From NCBI GenBank assembly GCA_965203485.1, contig OZ241892.1:960001-1024000 (forward strand): a stretch of DNA of 64,000 nt, given 5' to 3'. Numbering within the stretch: the stretch's first letter is position 1; every line of letters starts with the position of its first letter. Positions 1 to 10,469 of this stretch are shown here, piece after piece. Position numbers and translations under genes: made by a program. Origin of the DNA: Longimicrobiales bacterium. GTDB taxonomy: Bacteria > Gemmatimonadota > Gemmatimonadetes > Longimicrobiales > Gaopeijiaceae. The notes under the pieces were generated by a model. That model did not search any database, was not told the origin of the DNA, and was given only the letters and a program-made list of their open reading frames with translations.

Positions 1-92
1 TGGACGCGAGCGGCGGGCTGCCGTCCATGAGGGGCGCCGTGAGAACCGCGCGCCACGCGAGCAGCATTGGGCCGGGAGGCCCAGGCGTCCGC

Positions 93-1055
93 TCAGCCGC
101 AGTTGCGCAGGAGTTCTTCCCCGTTTCGCGAGACCCCGACGCGGGCCGCGACCACGCGGAGCCGCCTCGAGTCCGCCACTGGCTCGATTCGACGCGCGAA
201 CTCTCCCGCCACTTCGGCGCCGAACAGTCCTTCGACCACGCACCGCAACGCCTCCTTCAGCTCGGACACGGTCTGAGCCCGGCCTTGCTCCAAGCCCTGT
301 TCCAAGCCCTGCTCCAAGCCCTGCTCCCGGCCCTCGGCCAGCCACTGCTCCGTCCAGCCCTTCATCGTCTCGTCGAGCATCGATTCGTCTTTCAGCAAGA
401 TGGTCAGTTCCGCGGCCTTGACGCCGTGCTTGGCCAGCAACGCGCCGATCCAGCGCCGGAACGCGTCGCGCAACGGGTCGTGCCCGCCGTCCGGGAACGC
501 GCGCGCCAGCGCCGCGAGCTCCGTCTTCAACGCGTCGGCTGTACGCGCCAGCGCCTGCGCCGGTTCACGACCAGCTGAAGCGTACTCCGGCTGGCGCGCC
601 AGGTCAACCAGCTCGTAGGGAACCATGGGGTCCCGCCGCCATGTCCCGTCCCAGCGCGGCAACCCGGCCCTCGGGGCCGTCCAAGGCCGCGCGCCGTTGT
701 AGACGACGACCGGCAACGCGGCCACGCGCCTCGGCGGCTTGCCCCAGCTCCGCCGCGCCGCCTCGATCGCGCACAGATTCGCGTACACCGCCATTCGATG
801 CGCCATTTGCCGGTCGACGCCCGACTGGAACTCCAGGCACGCGAGCACGGTCGCCTGCGGGTCGCCCTTCACGCCGGCCCGCCAGATGCGGTCGGCGCGA
901 CGCCTCAAGGCGGCGGATTCGGAGAACGAGTCGGGCGCCCGCTCGAGACGCGAGAGGTCCAGACCCGCCGCGTGCTTCGGCAGGAAGCACTCGAGCAGGC
1001 TGCGCACCATGCGCGGGCTCGTGAAGAGCTGCTTGAAGTGCTGGTCGTGGTCCAC
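93..1055 (-). CDS. Rpn/YhgA-like recombination-promoting nuclease / putative transposase (PD-(D/E)xK), tandem copy 1
   Basis: GTG start; N-terminal [17 protein letters not shown]...LEFQS nuclease-like motif, PVVVYNG..W, C-terminal EGREQG(LEQG)n coiled-coil tail typical of the Rpn family. Confidence 0.85.
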   Translation of the reverse strand: MDHDQHFKQLFTSPRMVRSLLECFLPKHAAGLDLSRLERAPDSFSESAALRRRADRIWRAGVKGDPQATVLACLEFQSGVDRQMAHRMAVYANLCAIEAARRSWGKPPRRVAALPVVVYNGARPWTAPRAGLPRWDGTWRRDPMVPYELVDLARQPEYASAGREPAQALARTADALKTELAALARAFPDGGHDPLRDAFRRWIGALLAKHGVKAAELTILLKDESMLDETMKGWTEQWLAEGREQGLEQGLEQGLEQGRAQTVSELKEALRCVVEGLFGAEVAGEFARRIEPVADSRRLRVVAARVGVSRNGEELLRNCG

Positions 1056-1219
1056 GGCCGAACGATGGCGCGCGGGCCGGGACCGAGGAATGGGCGAACG
1101 GGACAGCCTCCCTCGCGGCGGCCGCGGAGCGCAATCGGCGGCACGGGGCCATCGCCCGCCACGCGCGCGAGGAAGCCGGCGACGACGCCAGCTGGACCTC
1201 CGGCGGCCGGCCGTACCGG

Positions 1220-2197
1220 TCAGCCGCAGTTGCGCAGGAGTTCCTCCCCGTTTCGCGAGGCCCCGACGCGGGCCGCGACGACGCGGAGCCGCCTCGAGTC
1301 CGCCACTGGCTCGATTCGACGCGCGAACTCTCCCGCCACTTCGGCGCCGAACAGTCCTTCGACCACGCACCGCAACGCCTCCTTCAGCTCGGACACGGTC
1401 TGCGCCCGGCCTCGTTCCAAGCCTTGCTCCAAGCCCTGTTCCAAGCCTTGCTCCCGGCCCTCGGCCAGCCACTGCTCCGTCCAGCCCTTCATCGTCTCGT
1501 CGAGCATCGATTCGTCTTTCAGCAAGATGGTCAGTTCCGCGGCCTTGACGCCGTGCTTGGCCAGCAACGCGCCGATCCAGCGCCGGAACGCGTCGCGCAA
1601 CGGGTCGTGCCCGCCGTCCGGGAACGCGCGCGCCAGCGCCGCGAGCTCCGTCTTCAACGCGTCGGCTGTACGCGCCCGCGCGAAGCGCGCCAGCGCCTGC
1701 GCCGGCTCACGACCAGCTGGAGCGTACTCCGGCTGGCGCGCCAGGTCAACCAGCTCGTAGGCAACCATGGGGTCCCGCCGCCATGTCCCGTCCCAGCGCG
1801 GCAACCCGGTCCTCGGGGCCGTCCAAGGCCGCGCGCCGTTGTAGACCACGACCGGCAACGCGGCCACGCGCCTCGGCGGCTTGCCCCAGCTCCGCCGCGC
1901 CGCCTCGATCGCGCACAGATTCGCGTACACCGCCATTCGATGCGCCATTTGCCGGTCGACGCCCGACTGGAACTCCAGGCACGCGAGCACGGTCGCCTGC
2001 GGGTCGCCCTTCACGCCGGCCCGCCAGATGCGGTCGGCGCGACGCCTCAAGGCGGCGGACTCGGAGAACGAGTCGGGCGCCCGCTCGAGACGCGAGAGGT
2101 CCAGACCCGCCGCGTGCTTCGGCAGGAAGCACTCGAGCAGGCTGCGCACCATGCGCGGGCTCGTGAAGAGCTGCTTGAAGTGTTGGTCGTGGTCCAC
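1220..2197 (-). CDS. Rpn/YhgA-like nuclease, tandem copy 2 (325 aa)
   Basis: Near-identical to copy 1; same motifs; intact ORF. Confidence 0.87.
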   Translation of the reverse strand: MDHDQHFKQLFTSPRMVRSLLECFLPKHAAGLDLSRLERAPDSFSESAALRRRADRIWRAGVKGDPQATVLACLEFQSGVDRQMAHRMAVYANLCAIEAARRSWGKPPRRVAALPVVVYNGARPWTAPRTGLPRWDGTWRRDPMVAYELVDLARQPEYAPAGREPAQALARFARARTADALKTELAALARAFPDGGHDPLRDAFRRWIGALLAKHGVKAAELTILLKDESMLDETMKGWTEQWLAEGREQGLEQGLEQGLERGRAQTVSELKEALRCVVEGLFGAEVAGEFARRIEPVADSRRLRVVAARVGASRNGEELLRNCG

Positions 2198-2359
2198 GGC
2201 CGAACGATGGCGCGCGGGCCGGGACCGAGGAATGGACGAACGGGACGGCCTCCGTCGCGGCGGCCGCGGAGCGCAATCGGCGGCACGGGGCCATCGCCCG
2301 CCACACGCGAGGAAGCCGGCGACGACGCCAGCTGGACCTCCGGCGGCCGGCCGTACCGC

Positions 2360-3372
2360 TCAGCCGCAGTTGCGCAGGAGTTCCTCCCCGTTTCGCGAGG
2401 CCCCGACGCGGGCCGCGACGACGCGGAGCCGCCTCGAGTCCGCCACTGGCTCGATTCGACGCGCGAACTCTCCCGCCACTTCGGCGCCGAACAGTCCTTC
2501 GACCACGCACCGCAACGCCTCCTTCAGCTCGGACACGGTCTGCACCCGGCCTTGCTCCAAGCCACGCTCCAAGCCTTGTTCGCGGCCCTGTTCCAAGCCC
2601 TGTTCCAAGCCCTGCTCCAAGCCCTGCTCCCGGCCCTCGGCCAGCCACTGCTCCGTCCAGCCCTTCATCGTCTCGTCGAGCATCGATTCGTCTTTCAGCA
2701 AGATGGTCAGTTCCGCGGCCTTGATGCCGTGCTTGGCCAGCAACGCGCCGATCCAGCGCCGGAACGCGTCGCGCAACGGGTCGTGTCCGCCGTCCGGGAA
2801 CGCGCGCGCCAGCGCCGCGAGCTCCGTCTCAACGCGTCGGCTGTACGCGCCCGCGCGAAGCGCGCCAGCGCCTGCGCCGACTCACGACCAGCTGGAGCGT
2901 ACTCCGGCTGGCGCGCCAGGTCAACCAGCTCGTAGGCAACCATGGGGTCCCGCCGCCATGTCCCGTCCCAGCGCGGCAACCCGGTCCTCGGGGCCGTCCA
3001 AGGCCGCGCGCCGTTGTAGACCACGACCGGCAACGCGGCCACGCGCCTCGGCGGCTTGCCCCAGCTCCGCCGCGCCGCCTCGATCGCGCACAGATTCGCG
3101 TACACCGCCATTCGATGCGCCATTTGCCGGTCGACGCCCGACTGGAACTCCAGGCACGCGAGCACGGTCGCCTGCGGGTCGCCCTTCACGCCGGCCCGCC
3201 AGATGCGGTCGGCGCGACGCCTCAAGGCGGCGGACTCGGAGAACGAGTCGGGCGCCCGCTCGAGACGCGAGAGGTCCAGACCCGCCGCGTGCTTCGGCAG
3301 GAAGCACTCGAGCAGGCTGCGCACCATGCGCGGGCTCGTGAAGAGCTGCTTGAAGTGTTGGTCGTGGTCCAC
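2360..3372 (-). pseudogene. Rpn/YhgA-like nuclease, tandem copy 3, frameshifted
   Basis: 1013 bp start to stop; 1-nt deletion near 2829 (tccgtctcaacg vs tccgtcttcaacg in copies 1 and 2); C-terminal part (2360-2776) stays open. Confidence 0.8.
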
Positions 3373-3536
3373 GGCCGAACGATGGCGCGCGGGCCGGGAC
3401 CGAGGAATGGACGAACGGGACAGCCTCCCTCGCGGCGGCCGCGGAGCGCAATCGGCGGCACGGGGCCATCGCCCGCCACGCGCGCGAGGAAGCCGGCGAC
3501 GACGCCAGCTGGACCTCCGGCGGCCGGCCGTACCGC

Positions 3537-4481
3537 TCAGCCGCAGTTGCGCAGGAGTTCCTCCCCGTTTCGCGAGGCCCCGACGCGGGCCGCGACGACG
3601 CGGAGCCGCCTCGAGTCCGCCACTGGCTCGATTCGACGCGCGAACTCTCCCGCCACTTCGGCGCCGAACAGTCCTTCGACCACGCACCGCAACGCCTCCT
3701 TCAGCTCGGACACGGTCTGCGCCCGGCCTCGTTCCAAGCCTTGCTCCAAGCCCTGTTCGCGGCCCTGTTCCAAGCCCTGTTCCAAGCCCTGTTCCCGGCC
3801 CTCGGCCAGCCACTGCTCCGTCCAGCCCTTCATCGTCTCGTCGAGCATCGATTCGTCTTTCAGCAAGATGGTCAGTTCCGCGGCCTTGACGCCGTGCTTG
3901 GCCAGCAACGCGCCGATCCAGCGCCGGAACGCGTCGCGCAACGGGTCGTGCCCGCCGTCCGGGAACGCGCGCGCCAGCGCCTGCGCCGGCTCACGACCAG
4001 CTGGAGCGTACTCCGGCTGGCGCGCCAGGTCAACCAGCTCGTAGGCAACCATGGGGTCCCGCCGCCATGTCCCGTCCCAGCGCGGCAACCCGGTCCTCGG
4101 GGCCGTCCAAGGCCGCGCGCCGTTGTAGACGACGACCGGCAACGCGGCCACGCGCCTCGGCGGCTTGCCCCAGCTCCGCCGCGCCGCCTCGATCGCGCAC
4201 AGATTCGCGTACACCGCCATTCGATGCGCCATTTGCCGGTCGACGCCCGACTGGAACTCCAGGCACGCGAGCACCGTCGCCTGCGGGTCGCCCTTCACGC
4301 CGGCCCGCCAAATGCGGTCGGCGCGACGCCTCAAGGCGGCGGACTCGGAGAACGAGTCGGGCGCCCGCTCGAGACGCGAGAGGTCCAGACCCGCCGCGTG
4401 CTTCGGCAGGAAGCACTCGAGCAGGCTGCGCACCATGCGCGGGCTCGTGAAGAGCTGCTTGAAGTGCTGGTCGTGGTCCAC
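3537..4481 (-). CDS. Rpn/YhgA-like nuclease, tandem copy 4 (314 aa)
   Basis: Same motifs; in-frame internal deletion of 19 aa relative to copy 2. Confidence 0.87.
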   Translation of the reverse strand: MDHDQHFKQLFTSPRMVRSLLECFLPKHAAGLDLSRLERAPDSFSESAALRRRADRIWRAGVKGDPQATVLACLEFQSGVDRQMAHRMAVYANLCAIEAARRSWGKPPRRVAALPVVVYNGARPWTAPRTGLPRWDGTWRRDPMVAYELVDLARQPEYAPAGREPAQALARAFPDGGHDPLRDAFRRWIGALLAKHGVKAAELTILLKDESMLDETMKGWTEQWLAEGREQGLEQGLEQGREQGLEQGLERGRAQTVSELKEALRCVVEGLFGAEVAGEFARRIEPVADSRRLRVVAARVGASRNGEELLRNCG

Positions 4482-4580
4482 GGCCGAACGATGGCGCGCG
4501 GGCCGGGACCGAGGAATGGACGAACGGGACAGCCTCCCACCGTCTCGTCTTGGTCGTCGCGCGGTCGGCCGGACCCCGCT

Positions 4581-5987
4581 TCATTGGGCGCGAGCGGCGG
4601 CCTCGCTGTCCGTCAATGGCGAAGCGTAGTCGCCGGAGAAGCACGCATCGCAGAAGGGCGCCCCTTCCGAGACGGCGGCGGTCATGCCTTCCAGCGACAG
4701 GTAGCCGAGGGAGTCCACGCCCAGTTCTTGGGCGGTGTCGGCCACCGAGAGGCGCGAGCCGATCAGTTCTTCGCGCGAGGGCATGTCTATGCCGTAGAAG
4801 CACGGAAAGCGCACGGGCGGGCTGGCGATGCGCAGGTGAACTTCGCGGGCGCCCGCGTGCTGAATGAACTTGACCAAGCTGCGCGAAGTGGTGCCGCGCA
4901 CGAGCGAGTCGTCGACAACGACCACTCGCTGGCCCTCCAAGACCTCCCGGACCGGATTGTACTTGACGCGCGCGCCGAAGTCGCGGTCGGCCTGGGAGGC
5001 GCGGATGAACGTGCGGCCCACGTAGTGGTTGCGCAACAGGCCGAGTTCGTAGCGGATGCCGCTGTGTTCGCTGAAGCCGAGACCGGCCGAGTTGGCGCTG
5101 TCCGGGACGCTGATCACGCAGTCGGCGTCCACGGGATGCTCTCGCGCAAGCTGTCGGCCGAACGCGCGCCGGGCGCGGTCCACGCCGATGCCCCAGATGC
5201 GCGAATCGGGACGCGCGAAGTAGACGAGTTCGAAGATGCAGGGCGCGGGCTTGCTCGTGTGCAGGCCGGGCAGGCTCTCGACCTCTTCGCCTCTCACGCG
5301 CACGAGCTCTCCGGCCGCCACGTCGCGCACGAGTTCCGCGCCCATGATGTCCAAGGCGCAGGTCTCGCTTGCAAAGACGTGCCCGCCTTGCAGCTTGCCC
5401 AGCACCAGGGGGCGAAAACCGCGTGGGTCGCGCACCGCGAACATGGTGTCGCCGACGGTGACGACCAGCGAGTAGGCGCCTTCGAGGAAGCTCAGGGCGT
5501 CGCGGATCTGGGAGTCGACGGCCGTGTGCCGGGAACGGGCGATCAGGTGGACGATCACTTCGGAGTCCGAGGAGCTCTGGAAGATCGCGCCCTCGGCCAC
5601 CAGTCGGCGCTTGAGGGCCCCCGCGTTCGTGAGGTTGCCGTTGTGCGCGATCGCGAGGTCGCCCTCCGCGTAGCGGACGAGGATCGGTTGCGCATTGGCG
5701 CGTTGGCCGTCGCCGGCGGTCGAGTACCGCACGTGTCCGATGGCCGTGCGGCCCTCGAGGGACGCGATGCGCTCGGCGCCGAAGACGTCCGACACTAGGC
5801 CGAGTTCCTTGTGGAGCCTCGCGTGCCCGTCACGGATCGCGCAAATCCCGGCCGCCTCCTGGCCCCGGTGCTGGAGCGCGTAGAGGCCGAGGAACGCCAG
5901 CTCGGAGGCGTTGTCCATGCCGCTGACGCCCACGATGCCGCATTCCTCGCGGGGGCGGTCGTCCATCACGCGGAACTCGGTCTTCAT
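4581..5987 (-). CDS. purF: Amidophosphoribosyltransferase
   Basis: Propeptide then EECGIVG (Ntn Cys), [36 protein letters not shown] motif, Fe-S cysteines (CIFE, CFYG, FCDAC). Confidence 0.96.
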   Translation of the reverse strand: MKTEFRVMDDRPREECGIVGVSGMDNASELAFLGLYALQHRGQEAAGICAIRDGHARLHKELGLVSDVFGAERIASLEGRTAIGHVRYSTAGDGQRANAQPILVRYAEGDLAIAHNGNLTNAGALKRRLVAEGAIFQSSSDSEVIVHLIARSRHTAVDSQIRDALSFLEGAYSLVVTVGDTMFAVRDPRGFRPLVLGKLQGGHVFASETCALDIMGAELVRDVAAGELVRVRGEEVESLPGLHTSKPAPCIFELVYFARPDSRIWGIGVDRARRAFGRQLAREHPVDADCVISVPDSANSAGLGFSEHSGIRYELGLLRNHYVGRTFIRASQADRDFGARVKYNPVREVLEGQRVVVVDDSLVRGTTSRSLVKFIQHAGAREVHLRIASPPVRFPCFYGIDMPSREELIGSRLSVADTAQELGVDSLGYLSLEGMTAAVSEGAPFCDACFSGDYASPLTDSEAAARAQ

Positions 5988-8900
5988 GCCTTCGCTTCGC
6001 CTCGGTCCATGGCACGGGGGATGGCCTCGAAATACTCGCGAGCCAAGCGAGCGAGCGGCAAGCGGAGCGTCGAGGCGGGCGTCTCGATCCGAAGCAATCC
6101 GCCGCCGACCGAGCCGACGACGGCCGCCGGAACGCCGTGCGCGTGCGCGGTCTTCGCCACCTCCGGCAAGACGGCGGGCCGGCAGCTCGCGACGACGCGC
6201 CCGTGATCTTCGCCGAACAGCAGGGCCGCGCAGGGAAGGTCCGAAGACGGCAGGCGGACCGAGGCGCCGATGGGGTCGTCCGCGGCGCCGGGCCGCAGGC
6301 AGCTCTCGGCCAGCGTCGCGGCAAGGCCGCCCGTCGAGATGTCGTGGGCCGAGCTGAGGAGGCGCCGCCGGTTCATGGCGAGCACGGCCCGTTGCAGCGC
6401 CCGCTCGGCGGGCAGGTCCACGGCCGGAGGCTCGCCTTCGACCACGCCGTGCACGCGATGCAGATACTCGGAGCCGCCTAGTTCGCCCTTGGCGCCGCCG
6501 AGCAGCACGATCCGGTCGCCTTCGTTGCGGAAGAAGGAGCGCAGGACGGCGTCCAAGTCCTCGACCACGCCGACCATGCCCACCACGGGCGTCGGATGGA
6601 CCGGCCGGCCGTCCGTCTCGTTGTAGAACGATACGTTGCCCCCCGTGACCGGCGTCTCGAAGAACGCGCACGCGTCGCGAAGGCCGAGAACCGCCTCGCG
6701 GAACTGCCAGTACACTCCTGGCTTGAGGGGGTTGCCGAAGTTGAGGTTGTTGGTGATGGCCAAGGGGAGCGCGCCCGCGCAGGCCAAGTTGCGCGCCGCC
6801 TCCGCGACCGCTCCCATGGCGCCCGACCTGGGGTTGAGCCACGTGAAGCGTCCGTTGCAGTCCACCGTGGCCGCGACGCCCCGGTTCGTGCCCGGAATGC
6901 GCACGACGCCGGCGTCGCCCCCCGGCCGCTCGGCCGTCGCCGCCCTCACGGTGCTGTCGTACTGCTCGTAGACCCAGCGCTTCGAGGCCACGTTCGGCGA
7001 GGACAGCACGCTCCAGAAGGCGTCTTCGAGGCTCGAGCTCGGGGCGGCCGCGTAGCCGGACACGTCGGCCGTTCGGCGCGCCCGCGCTTCCGGCGCTTCC
7101 TTGCCTTCGCGTTCGTAGGCCGGGCATCCCTCCGTGAGCGGCCGCACGGGAACGTCGGCCACGACTCGGCCGCCTTCCACCACGCGAAACGTTCCGGAGC
7201 CCGTGACCCGTCCGACGACCGCGGCCTCGAGTTCCCATTTCTCGAGAACGGCGCGCACGGCGTCCTCCGAACCCGCGCGGGCGACCACGAGCATCCGCTC
7301 CTGCGATTCCGACAGCAGGATCTCGTACGGCGTCATCCCCGGCTCCCGGACCGGCACGGCCGACACGTCGATCTCCACGCCGTTGCCCGCCCGCCCGGCC
7401 ATCTCGGCGCCGCTCGACGTGAGGCCCGCTGCGCCCATGTCCTGGATGCCCACGATGTGGCCGCTGGCGATCAGCTCCAGCGACGCCTCCAGCAGGAGCT
7501 TCTCGGTGAAGGGGTCGCCCACCTGCACTTGCGGCCGGCTCGCCTCCTCCTGGTCCGCGGAGAGCTCCCCGGACGCGAACGTGGCGCCGTGGATGCCGTC
7601 TCGCCCGGTCCTCGCCCCCACGGCCATCAGCGTGTTGCCCACGCCCTCGGCCGTCCCGCGTATCAGGTCGTCGCGCTTCAGGAGGCCCAGGCACATGGCG
7701 TTGACGACCGGGTTGTCGGCGTAGCCCGAATCGAAGTGGACCTCGCCGCCGATGCAGGGGACGCCGACGCAGTTGCCGTAGTCGCCGATGCCCTTGACCA
7801 CGCCGGCGAACAAGTAGCGGGAGCGCGCCGAGTCCAGATCGCCGAAGCGCAACGAATTCAGGGTGGCCACCGGGCGGGCACCCATCGTGAAGATGTCGCG
7901 CAGGATGCCGCCGACGCCGGTCGCGGCGCCCTGGTACGGCTCCACAGCGGAGGGGTGGTTGTGCGATTCGATCTTGAAGGCCAGCGCGAAGCCGCCGCCC
8001 ACGTCGACGACGCCGGCGTTCTCGCCCGGTCCTTGAACGACCCAGGGCGCGCTCGTCGGCAGGAGGCGAAGCAGGCGCTTGGAGTTCTTGTAGCCGCAGT
8101 GCTCCGACCACATGGCCGAAAAGACGCCGAGCTCGGTGAAGGTCGGCTCCCGGCCCAGAATCCGCTTGACCTGCCGGTACTCGTCGGCGGGAAGGCCGTG
8201 CTCGGAGGCGAGTTCCGGCGTCACCTCGGGGTCGCCGGGGCGGGGCGCCGGTTCGGTTGCCGGGTCCGTGGCGCCGCCGCGAGCGGACGAAGCGGCTGGA
8301 GGGCCGGTTCCGGCCTCGGCCAGCGCGACGGCGGCCCTCGCGCGTCCGGGGTCGCGTGCGCGCGGGCCGTTGAGACGTTCGGTGGGCGCGGCATGTCGCC
8401 CGCCGTGCCGCCGTCCTCCGCGCTCGACCATCGAGGCGAAGAAGGGCAGGCCGTCCGTGGTGCCCAAGACGGTCTCGACGGCGCGGTCGGGGTGGGGCAT
8501 CATGCCGAGCACGTTGCCTCGTTCGTTGACGATGCCGGCGATCTGGTTCAGCGAGCCGTTGGGATTGCCGCGCTCGTCGGCCGATCCGGAGGCGTCGCAG
8601 TAGCGGAACACCACTCGGCCGCCGTCCTCGAGCGCCGCCAGGGTCTCGGCGTCCGCATAGTACGCGCCGTCGGCGTGGGCGAGGGGCATGCGGAGAACCG
8701 GACGGCGGCGCTCGGCTTCGGTCGCGGGGCCGCGGGCGGCGGAGGCACGGTCGCGTGGCTCGCGCGCGGCGTCGGCGCGAGTCTCCGCGTACGCCGACGT
8801 GAACGGCGTGTCGGTCCGCTCGACGCGCAGGTGGCAGTCGTGGGACTGGAAGCGGAGCGATCGGTTGCGCAGCAGGGCCCCCGGCAACAGGCCCGCTTCG

Positions 8901-9175
8901 CACAGCGCCTGGAAGCCGTTGCAGATGCCTGCGACTAGTCCGCCGCCGCGCGCGAACGCGGCCACGGCTTCCATTACTGGGCTGAAGCGCGCGATGGCGC
9001 CCGGCCGCAGATAGTCGCCGTGGGCGAATCCGCCCGGAACGATCACCACGTCGGCGTCCTCCAGCGACGTGTTTCGATGCCACACGAGCCGGGCCGTCCC
9101 GCCCGCCCGCTCCACCGCTCGGACGCAGTCCTGGTCGCAGTTGGAGCCGGGGAACGTGACGACGGCCGCCTTCAC
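5984..9175 (-). CDS. purQ-purL: Phosphoribosylformylglycinamidine synthase, PurQ glutaminase in frame with small-type PurL (apparent PurQ-PurL fusion)
   Basis: N-terminal FPGSNCD, PGGF..GDYLR, GICNGFQ, MMPHPDR (PurQ), then ~60-aa linker, then [41 protein letters not shown] (PurL); no stop between them. Confidence 0.9.
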   Translation of the reverse strand: MKAAVVTFPGSNCDQDCVRAVERAGGTARLVWHRNTSLEDADVVIVPGGFAHGDYLRPGAIARFSPVMEAVAAFARGGGLVAGICNGFQALCEAGLLPGALLRNRSLRFQSHDCHLRVERTDTPFTSAYAETRADAAREPRDRASAARGPATEAERRRPVLRMPLAHADGAYYADAETLAALEDGGRVVFRYCDASGSADERGNPNGSLNQIAGIVNERGNVLGMMPHPDRAVETVLGTTDGLPFFASMVERGGRRHGGRHAAPTERLNGPRARDPGRARAAVALAEAGTGPPAASSARGGATDPATEPAPRPGDPEVTPELASEHGLPADEYRQVKRILGREPTFTELGVFSAMWSEHCGYKNSKRLLRLLPTSAPWVVQGPGENAGVVDVGGGFALAFKIESHNHPSAVEPYQGAATGVGGILRDIFTMGARPVATLNSLRFGDLDSARSRYLFAGVVKGIGDYGNCVGVPCIGGEVHFDSGYADNPVVNAMCLGLLKRDDLIRGTAEGVGNTLMAVGARTGRDGIHGATFASGELSADQEEASRPQVQVGDPFTEKLLLEASLELIASGHIVGIQDMGAAGLTSSGAEMAGRAGNGVEIDVSAVPVREPGMTPYEILLSESQERMLVVARAGSEDAVRAVLEKWELEAAVVGRVTGSGTFRVVEGGRVVADVPVRPLTEGCPAYEREGKEAPEARARRTADVSGYAAAPSSSLEDAFWSVLSSPNVASKRWVYEQYDSTVRAATAERPGGDAGVVRIPGTNRGVAATVDCNGRFTWLNPRSGAMGAVAEAARNLACAGALPLAITNNLNFGNPLKPGVYWQFREAVLGLRDACAFFETPVTGGNVSFYNETDGRPVHPTPVVGMVGVVEDLDAVLRSFFRNEGDRIVLLGGAKGELGGSEYLHRVHGVVEGEPPAVDLPAERALQRAVLAMNRRRLLSSAHDISTGGLAATLAESCLRPGAADDPIGASVRLPSSDLPCAALLFGEDHGRVVASCRPAVLPEVAKTAHAHGVPAAVVGSVGGGLLRIETPASTLRLPLARLAREYFEAIPRAMDRGEAKA

Positions 9176-9447
9176 CGGGCTTCCTTGGCAATCGCTCCGG
9201 CGGCGTCGCGAATCTCGAAGTTCTCGGTCACCGGATTGGCGAGCAGCTTGCGGCACATTGCGCGGACTTGATCGCGCGCGGCTGCGGCGGACGGCGCGCG
9301 CACGTCCAGAAAGATCGCCTTTCCGGAGCGGACTTCTTCGACGGCGTCGTAGCCGAGAGCCGCCAGCGCCTGCTGGATCGCCTTGCCCTGCGGGTCCAGG
9401 AGTCCAGCCCTGGGCGCGACGACGACTTCGAGTCTGTATCGATTCAA
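9172..9447 (-). CDS. purS: FGAM synthase subunit PurS
   Basis: LLDPQGKAI...VRSGK...[17 protein letters not shown] start estimated; stop overlaps purQ start. Confidence 0.92.
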   Translation of the reverse strand: MNRYRLEVVVAPRAGLLDPQGKAIQQALAALGYDAVEEVRSGKAIFLDVRAPSAAAARDQVRAMCRKLLANPVTENFEIRDAAGAIAKEAR

Positions 9448-9530
9448 CGGGGCGTCCCTGCTTTCATGGGGCTGTGGCCCGGCGACGTGGCCCGCGGCCT
9501 TGGGTTGCGGTTCGCGGGAGCCGTCGCGCT

Positions 9531-10469
9531 CTACGTGTTGTCGCGGCCCGCTCGGCGAGGCTCTCCGCCCGGCGCCAGGCCGTCGTAGTCCACTTCGCGC
9601 TCCTGCAAGGGCTCGCCGTCTTCGTCGATGAGCGGATCTCGGTCGGGCAGGCGATCGAGGAGCCCCAGGAACGCGGAGCGCATCAGCGCCCAGAGCGTGT
9701 AGGCGGCGGTCCCCGGATAGAACACGTAGCGCGGCGCCGCCAGTGCGAGCACGGCGGTCGCCGCCATGAGAGCCGCGCTCGCTCGCCCGCGGGACGTGCG
9801 CAGGTTGACGCGCGGCACCATGGCGTACGGCACGTGGCTCAGCATCAAGATCGAGAGCAGCACCATCGAGATCGCCACGATCTGCGTCCACGGTAGCGCC
9901 ACGAGGTGGTCCTGGTAGAACGCAGTCTGCGAAAAGGGATAGTGCGTGGCCAGCACGATCGCCGCCGCCGGCGACGGCAGTCCGTGAAAACGGCGGCCTG
10001 CTTCGCCGCCCGTCTCGACCGTGAACCGCGCCAAGCGTCCGACGACCGCGGTCAGGTAGACGAAGCCGATCACCCATCCCCAGTCCGACTCGCCGAAGTG
10101 CAGCCGAATCATCAGCGCCGCCGGAGCCACGCCGAAGGAGACCGCGTCGGTCAGCGAGTCCAGTTGCGCGCCGAAGGCCGAGCCCGTGCGCGTGAACCGG
10201 GCGATCCTCCCGTCCAGGAGGTCGAGCGTCGCCGCCACGACGACGAACCATCCGGCCAGGGCGAACTCGTCGCGCATCGCCGCCACGATCGCGTACAGAC
10301 CGAAGAACAGATTCCCGACCGTGAACGCCGACGGCAGGATGACGATGCCGCGACGGAGCGTGCCGCGCGCGGGCATGCGGCCGGAAACGCCGTCCGGGCG
10401 GTTCTGCCGGCTTCCGTCGGGGCGGCGGGTCCAGGCGCCGGGGCTCTCGTCGCCGTGGTGGGCGCTCAC
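9531..10469 (-). CDS. pssA: CDP-diacylglycerol--serine O-phosphatidyltransferase
   Basis: CDP-alcohol phosphotransferase motif DLLDGRIAR...G..LDSLTDAVSFGVAPA; RLARF; FHGLPSP; next to psd. Confidence 0.9.
   Translation of the reverse strand: MSAHHGDESPGAWTRRPDGSRQNRPDGVSGRMPARGTLRRGIVILPSAFTVGNLFFGLYAIVAAMRDEFALAGWFVVVAATLDLLDGRIARFTRTGSAFGAQLDSLTDAVSFGVAPAALMIRLHFGESDWGWVIGFVYLTAVVGRLARFTVETGGEAGRRFHGLPSPAAAIVLATHYPFSQTAFYQDHLVALPWTQIVAISMVLLSILMLSHVPYAMVPRVNLRTSRGRASAALMAATAVLALAAPRYVFYPGTAAYTLWALMRSAFLGLLDRLPDRDPLIDEDGEPLQEREVDYDGLAPGGEPRRAGRDNT

Larger units (their letters stand above)
89..4538. repeat. Tandem array of four ~1.1-1.2 kb units (rpn gene plus upstream segment) joined by three copies of a ~105-bp linker
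   Basis: Start codons at 1055, 2197, 3372, 4481 (periods 1142, 1175, 1109); identity breaks at ~89 and ~4538. Confidence 0.95.

Noticed and set aside
283..3800. 12-bp tandem repeats as a CRISPR array
   Set aside because: They are contiguous coding repeats (EQGL) with no unique spacers, and no cas genes are present.
89..4538. rpn copies as composite or active IS elements
   Set aside because: No terminal inverted repeats, target-site duplications or DDE/HUH motif were seen.
4581..9191. 1536-aa ORF as a giant PurF fusion
   Set aside because: The upstream part is an Arg/Pro-rich off-frame shadow of purQL; real purF starts at 5987.
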